64,000 nucleotides of DNA from SAR324 cluster bacterium (GTDB taxonomy: Bacteria; SAR324; XYD2-FULL-50-16): NCBI GenBank assembly GCA_028280735.1, contig JANQLH010000305.1, forward strand, positions 3,798 through 67,797, given 5' to 3'. A model generated the notes under the pieces. The model searched no databases and had not been told where the DNA came from. It saw only the letters and a list, made by a program, of their open reading frames with translations. How positions within the stretch are numbered: the stretch's first letter is position 1; the number at the start of each line of letters is the position of its first letter. This document shows, piece by piece, positions 28,254-36,806 of the stretch. Position numbers and translations under genes: made by a program.

Positions 28254-30968
28254 TTGTTGTTGAAATCCTACCTGGTTGTTCCCATATTTTTCTTTTTTCT
28301 TAATCTTTTTGCCGTATTTCCCCGGTTTTACCTTTCAGCTGATATCCGACAGGTAGAGATTGAAGGGACATACAGCGTATATGAGAAACGATTGCGCGGT
28401 AATGCAAGATATCAAACGGACTGCTATGCTGATAAAACGCTGGAGTTCCATTTGCCTCCCAACAGGAATGACAAAACAGATTGGCGTTCTCGATTTCAAA
28501 TCCAAAATATCGAAGGCGGCTTAAACACTTATGATAGATCAGACCTGGGTGAACTAAAGAAATACCGGAGAAGTAATCCGCAACTGCCTTATTCAATAAA
28601 AATTCTAGAGACCCGAATCAGCGGAAAGCAGGTCGAATTCGATATCATAGATAATCCCTTACTCTCTCCTCTGAAGAATACCTTGAACTCAATACTTGTG
28701 CTTAAAAACCCGGCACAAACACCTTCCTGCGAGGCCGACTTAACGGTTGATATAGATTTTGTTACCAATTTTGGTGACATTTCGGAAGATTGGGTAAATA
28801 TACTTTGGGATTTCATACCAAGAATTGTTAAAAGAACAAATGGGCAACCCGATTATTCCGATCACTGGAGCGAGATCAGACAGTATAATTATCAAATTCA
28901 GCTAATTGGAAAGGAGACGCAACAGGAACCTACTTTCCTGGAAGGATACAGCCAAAGCGTAGGACCGGTAATCATAGCTGATGCTGAACTCATTTCTGAC
29001 AATGATATAAATTTAACATTAGACGGTTACCTGGAGGAAGACAGGGAGTTTTATCGTTCCGGAATCAAAAAAGTAAAACGATTTCTGATTCAAAACAGGT
29101 GGTTGCTTGAAGAAGATTTGAAGCAGCATTTCGTCATGTGGAGCGGGCCGTTAACTGTTACAGGCAGCCATATTTTTCTTCCTCAACGGCTCTTCAGATA
29201 CCCCTCAATTTATCATAAAACCTTTGAAGCGGTTTTACTCAGGGCGTTTATTCATTCGTCTTTATTGCAACGTTTCAGTCTAAACACAACCCGATACCCA
29301 TGGATAGAGCCTGCAATATCCGGTGAAATCATCAGGGACTATTTTGTTAAGGAGTATTCCGGAGACACAAAATATTTCCCGTGGGGGCAATGGCTTAATC
29401 CGGATTTTTATCAGGAAAATACAATAAAAACCTGGCTAAATTATCCGGGAAACAAAAAGATGATTTCCAGTGCAGAAAGCAAGGACTTGAGGTTCCTTTC
29501 CAATGTTTACCATCCCTGGCATGAAAAGGGATTCCATCTGTTTAGATCAATAGTAACTAACGGAAAAGAACTAGGATCAGATATCCACCCGGCTCTAAAG
29601 CGACTGTTAAAAATGCAAGTAAATGAGGTTTCTATTCTTGATAAAAAGACATTTTATGCATCCTTCGGTTTTACAAATGAACAGGAGACTAAGGCTGATA
29701 AGTGGTTATCGGTAGAAGGTCGTGTCGATTACGAAATACAGGATGTTGATATTATAAAAAAAGATCAACATACCGATGTTATCCTTACCATCGCTAACCA
29801 TGGCTCTTTGTCTCCTCCATTTGAAATCGTTTTTTTATTGAGAAACGGATTAACCGTAACCAAACAAATCGATTCCGGGAAAGGAACTTACGATTTTTCC
29901 TTCCCTTCACCCCCAATTGAAATTTCCCTGGATCCGAAGCATACCCTCCTTGAAAGCAAGCTGTTAAACAATTATTGGTATACGCCGCTAAAAGTAAGAC
30001 CAATATGGGATTTTCCATCGACTAATAGTTGGATCGTGACCATAAGCCCTGTTATCAACGGCAACACTTTTGATAAAAATCTATTTGGATTAAGCCTTGG
30101 AGTTCGTTATTTAAACAAAACAGAGTTTTATATTTCTGGCTGGAGGAGTGATGGTGATGAACGGATTTTATGGGAGAGCAATCTTTTTCATTTCGGATTT
30201 CCATGGCAAGGCAGCGAACTATCTTTGGAAAGCAGTGAGCTAAACGCTTCGATGTCTAAAACAGTTGGATACAGACATAATTATCCCCACATTCACGAAA
30301 ATTTGTGGTTTTCCCTAGATCTTCTGGAAGAAACCCTGGATAGACTGGAAGAGGATGTGTCATCTGATAATAATACCTGGCAAAGTGTGGAAACAAAACT
30401 TTCATTTCCCATTTATGTTGGAGACTTTTCCGATTCCGTCATTGAAGTATCCAGGGATTACGGAAAGAACACGGAAGAGGATGGCAGTGATTTTTCCCGA
30501 ATAGGTGTTTCAAACCAATCAGTGTGGTTTTTAAACAATTGGAAAATCCACCTTGAACTAAGCAGCAACGACTCAACCGGGTTTCTCCCATTACAGAAAA
30601 AATTTCCTATTGGCGGTCCGGAAGCCCTGCCAGGATTCCCCCGGGAAGAAGACCTGCTTTTTGATCAGCGAAGCATTGCCGGATTTGGAATCACTTTACC
30701 TCCTTACCTGACCCATACAAACATCAATGCTTTACGATTAGGTTGGCTGGAAAAGGTGGAGACTGCGCTTTTTTTTCACTGGGCTGAGGCAAAATCAGGA
30801 GAGATTGAAAAATCAGAATCCTTCAAAGACATTGAACTGCGATTCAATTTTACAGTCAGCTGGTTGAACATGTATGAGGGGGACGGTGTTGTTGCTATTG
30901 CACAACCTCTGGATAATGAGGAATATAAGGATTATAGGATAATTCTTTTTTCCAACTGGGTGTTTTAA
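28254..30968 (+). CDS. large outer-membrane-type protein, Omp85-like C-terminal barrel suspected
   Basis: 904 aa with a TTG start and a hydrophobic N-terminus. The C-terminal region has PIGGPEALPGFP (compare the GG.S.RG[FY] motif of Omp85 barrels), alternating beta-strand-like pattern, and ends ..ILFSNWVF with a terminal aromatic residue. Confidence 0.45.
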   Translation: MLLKSYLVVPIFFFFLNLFAVFPRFYLSADIRQVEIEGTYSVYEKRLRGNARYQTDCYADKTLEFHLPPNRNDKTDWRSRFQIQNIEGGLNTYDRSDLGELKKYRRSNPQLPYSIKILETRISGKQVEFDIIDNPLLSPLKNTLNSILVLKNPAQTPSCEADLTVDIDFVTNFGDISEDWVNILWDFIPRIVKRTNGQPDYSDHWSEIRQYNYQIQLIGKETQQEPTFLEGYSQSVGPVIIADAELISDNDINLTLDGYLEEDREFYRSGIKKVKRFLIQNRWLLEEDLKQHFVMWSGPLTVTGSHIFLPQRLFRYPSIYHKTFEAVLLRAFIHSSLLQRFSLNTTRYPWIEPAISGEIIRDYFVKEYSGDTKYFPWGQWLNPDFYQENTIKTWLNYPGNKKMISSAESKDLRFLSNVYHPWHEKGFHLFRSIVTNGKELGSDIHPALKRLLKMQVNEVSILDKKTFYASFGFTNEQETKADKWLSVEGRVDYEIQDVDIIKKDQHTDVILTIANHGSLSPPFEIVFLLRNGLTVTKQIDSGKGTYDFSFPSPPIEISLDPKHTLLESKLLNNYWYTPLKVRPIWDFPSTNSWIVTISPVINGNTFDKNLFGLSLGVRYLNKTEFYISGWRSDGDERILWESNLFHFGFPWQGSELSLESSELNASMSKTVGYRHNYPHIHENLWFSLDLLEETLDRLEEDVSSDNNTWQSVETKLSFPIYVGDFSDSVIEVSRDYGKNTEEDGSDFSRIGVSNQSVWFLNNWKIHLELSSNDSTGFLPLQKKFPIGGPEALPGFPREEDLLFDQRSIAGFGITLPPYLTHTNINALRLGWLEKVETALFFHWAEAKSGEIEKSESFKDIELRFNFTVSWLNMYEGDGVVAIAQPLDNEEYKDYRIILFSNWVF

Positions 30969-31002
30969 ACGGATATAATGAAATTTTATTGTTTAGTAGT
31001 CT

Positions 31003-31797
31003 TTATTGATCGATCGATTCAATCATCTGAAGGAACAGTCCCAATGATTTTGGATTGATCTCATAACATCGTAATAAATACCTGTTCAGAACTTTTATCA
31101 AGGGTAACAAGGTACTTGTGGGTAGGGAGGATGGTGAGTTTTTAAATTCATTGGTTTGAGAATATAGCCATAAGATCTTTATCATGGATGAATCCAATAA
31201 ATTCGGATCGTTGGTGAAGTCAAAACAATCTCCGCATTCGATGTTACCTGTTTGAATATCCAGCCTGTATCGCTGTTTTCTGAAGCTAAGATTACCGGAA
31301 TTATTTTCGCGCCATGTCACTTTTGAACAGTTCGTGCAATGGGAGAAATCTACCTGGTATCCACCACTTTGAATGATTTTCCACATACTCCATGCTATAA
31401 AAGCCACTTTGGTAGCGTCACCCCACTTAAATCGATTGTTTTCCAGAAGTAGTTCGTAGATCTCCAACGCCGCGAGTTCCGGTTTTGAAATTCGGCTGGA
31501 TATCTCCAATAAATAGGTGTGAAACAAAAATCTTTGATAGGGAAACTGATCGATTTTAAGAAGACTGTAACCGTTACTGCTATAAACTTTTATGAACTCC
31601 TTATTTTCGCTTTTTTCATATTCAAGCTCAATTAAATCACCCGGCTGATACAAAAAAGTAGAGGATTTATTTAATTTTTTTCCGCCGTAAAGCACGGCAG
31701 CTAATTTACCGGATTCACCAGACAGGAAATTAACTACTAAATCCGATCCCCGGTAAGGGACGGATGACAAGACAAATACTTTATCTTTCACGTTCAT
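31003..31797 (-). CDS. recO: DNA repair protein RecO
   Basis: 264 aa. It has an OB-fold-like N-terminus (VFVLSSVPYRGSDLVVNFLS..GK) and zinc-finger cysteines C..C ... C..C (CTNCSK, CGDC) in the RecO position. Confidence 0.7.
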   Translation of the reverse strand: MNVKDKVFVLSSVPYRGSDLVVNFLSGESGKLAAVLYGGKKLNKSSTFLYQPGDLIELEYEKSENKEFIKVYSSNGYSLLKIDQFPYQRFLFHTYLLEISSRISKPELAALEIYELLLENNRFKWGDATKVAFIAWSMWKIIQSGGYQVDFSHCTNCSKVTWRENNSGNLSFRKQRYRLDIQTGNIECGDCFDFTNDPNLLDSSMIKILWLYSQTNEFKNSPSSLPTSTLLPLIKVLNRYLLRCYEINPKSLGLFLQMIESIDQ

Positions 31798-31809
31798 GGA
31801 ACACCTTGA

Positions 31810-32412
31810 CTAGAGATGCCCGGACAGTGCATCAGCTAAATGAGAAAAGTGTCCTGAATAAAAATGATCCGCACCTTGGATCACCTTGTAGGATGTACTG
31901 ATGTTCCAGGCTTCCACCAGGGATTCCAGCCTCGCAGAGGAGGCAAACTCGTCGTTGGAGCCTACAACTACAAAATCCAGGTTTTCCATCTTTATAGTCT
32001 CGTCAAATTTCATGAAATCGATGGGAGGTGAAACCAGGATAAGGCGATTTGTAAGGGATTTGTTTTTAACCAATTGCTGGATAACCCAGGTACCAAAGCT
32101 GTAACCCGCAAGGACAACGGTTTCTACATTCATCTTATGTAAAAGGTCCATGGCGGATTCAATGTCTGCCTGCTCACCAATGCCTTCACCATAGCTCCCT
32201 GTACTTGCCCCGACACCACGAAAATTAAACCTAAGCGTAGTGTAATCCATCGACTTAAAAACGGATGCGATAGTATGAACAACCGTATTTTCCATGTCAC
32301 CACCGTATAGAGGGTGTGGATGGGTTATAACAACACCTTTATTGCTTGAATTCTCATCAAGGATCGCTTCAAGAGTTCCGGTTTCACTGTTTATATTGAT
32401 TCGTTTTTCCAT
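31810..32412 (-). CDS. alpha/beta hydrolase (COG2945-like)
   Basis: 200 aa. Motifs present: HPHPLYGG, nucleophile elbow GYSFG, and C-terminal ADHF. Confidence 0.75.
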   Translation of the reverse strand: MEKRININSETGTLEAILDENSSNKGVVITHPHPLYGGDMENTVVHTIASVFKSMDYTTLRFNFRGVGASTGSYGEGIGEQADIESAMDLLHKMNVETVVLAGYSFGTWVIQQLVKNKSLTNRLILVSPPIDFMKFDETIKMENLDFVVVGSNDEFASSARLESLVEAWNISTSYKVIQGADHFYSGHFSHLADALSGHL

Positions 32413-32770
32413 AATAAATAAAATAACAATATAGCAGATAAAGTATTTACAAAAATAATCAGGTTTCCTTTAAACTACACGGCTGGTTGCGTTATAGTCA
32501 AAGAGCGAAGGAATGTTTGCGATTTTTAAGGCGATTGGGAAAAAAAATAGAAGATTTGGGCAATTTTTCGAACATTTATTCTAAAAAAGTAATATAATCA
32601 ACTGAATTATAAGTAAAAGTTGTGGGTGTTTAGTCCACTGCTAATCATTTGATTTGTATTTTTTAATGTATCGGTGTTATAACGATATAAGCTCCCAAGT
32701 CCTTATTTAAAAGCTAACGACATCAATGTGTAAACTTTGAATTCAAGGGTTACTATCTGACTTAGAGAAC

Positions 32771-34078
32771 GTGAACTCATTTTTCAAAAAGAAGAATCAA
32801 CAATCACCCGGATCAGGGCTTTCACAATTTCAGCAAAACCTTAGGAAACGTGTTGATGGGGTTGCAACCCTCGATGACGACCGAAAGGCTCAGCTTGTAA
32901 AAAACGATATGTTGGAATTGTTGAAAATGTTTCCGGGATCGCCGGAATTTTTGGGTAGAGCAGAGTATGTTATTAAAAAAGGAAAAAGGCTAGGAATTTT
33001 CAAAAGAAAATACCCTGACATCACGGAACTCAGAGATACGGTAAACAGATTTGCCAACCAAAAGCGACTTTTAGATCCCCGGCCACAAATAAAAAGGCTG
33101 CTTAAAAAATATCCTGCCTATCCTGATCTTCGCGCTCTAAATGCAATACAAATCTACAACGATGCAAGTCAAAGCGGTTTGGATGCTCGTAAAACCAAAG
33201 TGGTGCAAGGATCTTTACGTGAAATAACCAGGGCCATGTACAACGATGGCATGAGTCTGTTTAATATCAACTGGTTTATTAAAATTTATGTCAGATATCT
33301 TGATGCTTTGCGGGACAAGTTCCAGCATGAATATAACAGTACCCGTAACCACTATTTAAGCGACATCAGATTGCTTTCCGACCAAATAAGGAGAAAGCAA
33401 ATTCAATTAACAGTCATGTCATCAGTCAGGACAAAATTGTCCGGGTTGTCAATGCTGAACGCAAAGTTAAAAGGATCTATCTACACCATTTCCGATATTT
33501 CAAAAGACGAAGTTAAAAAAGCCAGTTTGGCCATTAAAACAGGTGACGGTTCAAAAAAAATCGGTGACTCGGGAAAAACAGCCAATAACATTATATATAT
33601 TATCATGACCCTGAACTTGATGTTTGCCAGAATTCCGATCCTTAATAACCTGGTAAACGCCTACCAAAAGTCGACTGTTGATGCCAACAGGGATATTGTG
33701 CTGCAAAAAATCATGGTAGCTAATATGAGACGTGTGACCGAATTTCAGTTACACATGGCTTCGGGCGATAGAGCTAAAACCCAGGAAATTGCCATTAAAC
33801 TATATGAGAATTGCCTAGAGGTTATCAAACAGTATCTGGAGCATGGAGTATTAAGCAAGCAGTTCGAAATTGACCCCTTTATTCGCGCTGCTTGGGTTGT
33901 TAAAGAATCGAAAGGGTTGTTCAAAGATTCAGACTACAGAACCATGTTGGAAAGCGCCGTCCTGTTAATCGAAACAATCTACAGCAAACGCGTACAAGTT
34001 AAAGGTGCCTTCGAACTCGCAAGGAACCTGCAGGATGACATACACTTCATCATGATCGAAGCCGGCTGGATGAAATAG
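32771..34078 (+). CDS. hypothetical protein (orphan, 435 aa, helical)
   Basis: Long open frame with a GTG start. I recognise no motif. Confidence 0.55.
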   Translation: MNSFFKKKNQQSPGSGLSQFQQNLRKRVDGVATLDDDRKAQLVKNDMLELLKMFPGSPEFLGRAEYVIKKGKRLGIFKRKYPDITELRDTVNRFANQKRLLDPRPQIKRLLKKYPAYPDLRALNAIQIYNDASQSGLDARKTKVVQGSLREITRAMYNDGMSLFNINWFIKIYVRYLDALRDKFQHEYNSTRNHYLSDIRLLSDQIRRKQIQLTVMSSVRTKLSGLSMLNAKLKGSIYTISDISKDEVKKASLAIKTGDGSKKIGDSGKTANNIIYIIMTLNLMFARIPILNNLVNAYQKSTVDANRDIVLQKIMVANMRRVTEFQLHMASGDRAKTQEIAIKLYENCLEVIKQYLEHGVLSKQFEIDPFIRAAWVVKESKGLFKDSDYRTMLESAVLLIETIYSKRVQVKGAFELARNLQDDIHFIMIEAGWMK

Positions 34079-34142
34079 AGACACTACTATGGACGGGTTG
34101 TGGTCGGCTTTCGGCATACACTCCCAAGTTTTATTCTGACAA

Positions 34143-35273
34143 ATGAAGTATACTATAAATTTACGTTGTGCCACGCATTTGGATCTTCTGCAAAACTTAC
34201 CCATCAGTGATGTTTTGTTACAGTCCGCTTTGTTTTCACGATCCGGAGGAATGGATGGAAATGAACTAAAAAAGACCATCTCCCAGGTAAAAAAGACGGG
34301 TAAAAAATGTGTCTTGAGTTGGGATTGTCTCGCAAAGGATGACGAACTTACCAACAGCGTTTCTGAATTGGAGCCTTATATCAAAGACCTTGACGCGATT
34401 CGATTTACCGATCCCGGAACAGGTGTCTTTTTAATGAAGACATATCCGGACATAAGGCTTGAATTTTCATTGGAACACGGCAGTTTAAACAAACAGGCAG
34501 TGAATGCCTGGGTCGATCGTTTTGAACAAAAACTCCAAAAAGTTGTTTTTTCTGTTCAGATGCCGCTGGATGTCATCTCATCCATCATACCAACTTTGCG
34601 AGCTGAAACGGAAATTCTGGCAGCCGGAATAATCAATATTTTCTATTCACGAAGACCTTTGCTGGGGATGAGAACGGATTTCAACCTGGAAAAGGAGTTA
34701 TCCATAGCAAGTGATGACCGACCTAATCAGTGGAATCCGGTTATGGAAACAGCAAAAGGTACTACTGTCTTTTATGACAAACCGATAAATATTTTTTCCA
34801 TGCACGATAAACTACAAAAGGCGGGACTTGATTACCTCAGAGTTGAATATCTTTATCACCGGGAATTAAGGACTTTTTCGGATAGTGTCTCTCGGAAAGG
34901 ATGGCAACAGGCAACGCTTTCCTATAAACAAGGTGAATCAATCAAAGCATTCCTAGCAAGCAATCCTACAAATAGACTGTTTAGCAGACTCAAAAACGCA
35001 TATTTATCCGAAAAGACGGAAGAAAAGATTGGATCGGTTATCGAGGCTGTCAAACCAAAACATTGCTTGATTAAGCTGGATGTCCCATTAAGCTTACCCG
35101 CCAAGATCAATTTTATCTCACCGGAAAGAAAAACAATCGCTGCGACCTTAGATAATTTGCGAGATTTAAAAGGAACTGAATATCAAAACAGTATTGATCC
35201 GGGTATCTACCTCTGCAAATGGCATAAATACGTGGTCACAGGCTCATTTATCCAGACCCCGGACCGTTTTTAA
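34143..35273 (+). CDS. peptidase-U32-family-like protein lacking the signature cysteines
   Basis: 376 aa. The overall layout resembles U32 (a TIM-barrel-like N-terminal part with DAIRFTDPG, and a C-terminal beta-domain). The segment EILAAGIINIFYSRRPLLG aligns to the U32 signature, but both Cys positions are replaced. Confidence 0.45.
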   Translation: MKYTINLRCATHLDLLQNLPISDVLLQSALFSRSGGMDGNELKKTISQVKKTGKKCVLSWDCLAKDDELTNSVSELEPYIKDLDAIRFTDPGTGVFLMKTYPDIRLEFSLEHGSLNKQAVNAWVDRFEQKLQKVVFSVQMPLDVISSIIPTLRAETEILAAGIINIFYSRRPLLGMRTDFNLEKELSIASDDRPNQWNPVMETAKGTTVFYDKPINIFSMHDKLQKAGLDYLRVEYLYHRELRTFSDSVSRKGWQQATLSYKQGESIKAFLASNPTNRLFSRLKNAYLSEKTEEKIGSVIEAVKPKHCLIKLDVPLSLPAKINFISPERKTIAATLDNLRDLKGTEYQNSIDPGIYLCKWHKYVVTGSFIQTPDRF

Positions 35274-35501
35274 TAACTATGAACTCAAAATAGACGTTTT
35301 TATACTCACTATGTTCTCTTTTTTCCTTCGTTGCGGCTTTCAACAAGCATTCCGCGAGAATTAAGGATCTCACGTTTGGAAAGTGAAAAAAATAAGAAAC
35401 GAAGTAAATCTTCTAAAATGGAATAACTTGTGAATAAAGACAGGAAAAGGTTGCAGACAATCTATACAAATTAGGGAACTTAAAAAGAGACCGAAAAAAC
35501 G

Positions 35502-36461
35502 ATGATGAAAATAAAGCTTCCAGTTATTCATACTTTTGTAATAGTTCTGTTCTTTATTTTAGCAGGATACCACGAATTGTTCGCTGCAAACGATTCCCAT
35601 CCGTTCTCTCAGCCCGAGAGAGGATTTCTAGTCAAAACCTTATCATCAGAAAGGTTTGATGATGATTTCCTAAGGCAGATTTTTTTCGATAAACGATTAA
35701 AAAAGTATCCAATTGTCATTACCAGAAACGTTTACAATAAAGAAAACAAGCGAAATTACGAAGAATTTTACAGTGCTTATTCATTTAAAATGGCTGATCG
35801 GTTTTCCAGAAAATGGCGAACTGTTTTAAATAAAGCAAGTGAAAAATTTGGAGTTGACAAGGAAGTACTGATTGCCATCCTACTCGTAGAAACCGGGCTT
35901 GGTAACGTTTTGGGAAGATTTCCGGTGATTTCGGTTTATTCTTCCATCATCGTCGAACACGATAACAAAAGTAAGGAATACACTAATTTACCACGTTTAA
36001 CAGAGGAGCAGTCTTATGTCTTAAGCAGATTGACCGTGAAAGCGGAATGGGCTTCCAAGGAACTCTCCGCATTGCTTGTGATTTCCAAAAGCAATAACCA
36101 AAGCCCTTTCAAATTACGCGGAAGCTTTGCCGGAGCATTCGGTATACCGCAGTTTTTACCTTCAAGTTATATCAAATGGGGGTATGATAGTGACAAAAAC
36201 GGTACAGTTAATCTTTTCCTAATGCCTGACGCAGTCTACTCTACAGCGAATTATCTCAAAGCTCATGGCTGGAAAAAAGGTCTTTACCGAGAATCTAATA
36301 AAGATGTAATCTATAAATATAATAATAGTAAACTCTATGTTGACACCGTTCTCAACATAGCCAGAAAAATCAAAACGTCGCATAACTCAAAGACAAAGAT
36401 ATCGGAACAGACGAGGTTAGACCGAAGTCATCATAGTCGAGGCAAAGAAACGACGTCTTAA
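35502..36461 (+). CDS. lytic murein transglycosylase (MltB/SLT_2 family)
   Basis: 319 aa with a signal peptide. Motifs present: VETGLG and GSFAGAFGIPQFLPSSY. Confidence 0.8.
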   Translation: MMKIKLPVIHTFVIVLFFILAGYHELFAANDSHPFSQPERGFLVKTLSSERFDDDFLRQIFFDKRLKKYPIVITRNVYNKENKRNYEEFYSAYSFKMADRFSRKWRTVLNKASEKFGVDKEVLIAILLVETGLGNVLGRFPVISVYSSIIVEHDNKSKEYTNLPRLTEEQSYVLSRLTVKAEWASKELSALLVISKSNNQSPFKLRGSFAGAFGIPQFLPSSYIKWGYDSDKNGTVNLFLMPDAVYSTANYLKAHGWKKGLYRESNKDVIYKYNNSKLYVDTVLNIARKIKTSHNSKTKISEQTRLDRSHHSRGKETTS

Positions 36462-36482
36462 CACAATGATTCGTGCAGTATC

Positions 36483-36800
36483 ATGTCTGATAATTCTTCG
36501 ATAGACAATTCGAACCAGACTTTTGCCGATGACGAGAGTAAGATTAAAGTTCCCCGTCAATACAAGGTAATTCTTCATAATGATGATTACACACCCATGG
36601 AGTTCGTGGTTCACGTTCTGATGAGTGTGTTTAAAAAAGATGAATTATCTGCAACCCAGATAATGCTTAATGTACATAACTCGGGCAAAGGTATTTGCGG
36701 AACTTACTCATACGAAATCGCTGAAACTAAAGTCGCTAAAGTACACCAACTGGCCGAACAAAATGAATATCCTTTACATGCCAGCATGGAGGCGGAATAA
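36483..36800 (+). CDS. clpS: ATP-dependent Clp protease adaptor ClpS
   Basis: 105 aa. Motif present: YKVILHNDDYTPMEFVVHVLMSVF. Confidence 0.93.
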   Translation: MSDNSSIDNSNQTFADDESKIKVPRQYKVILHNDDYTPMEFVVHVLMSVFKKDELSATQIMLNVHNSGKGICGTYSYEIAETKVAKVHQLAEQNEYPLHASMEAE

Positions 36801-36806
36801 AGTATT

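Noticed and set aside
33965-34354. 129-aa minus-strand ORF bridging the gap between the 435-aa orphan gene and the U32-like gene.
   Set aside because: It overlaps the ends of both plus-strand genes, and has no RBS and no motif.
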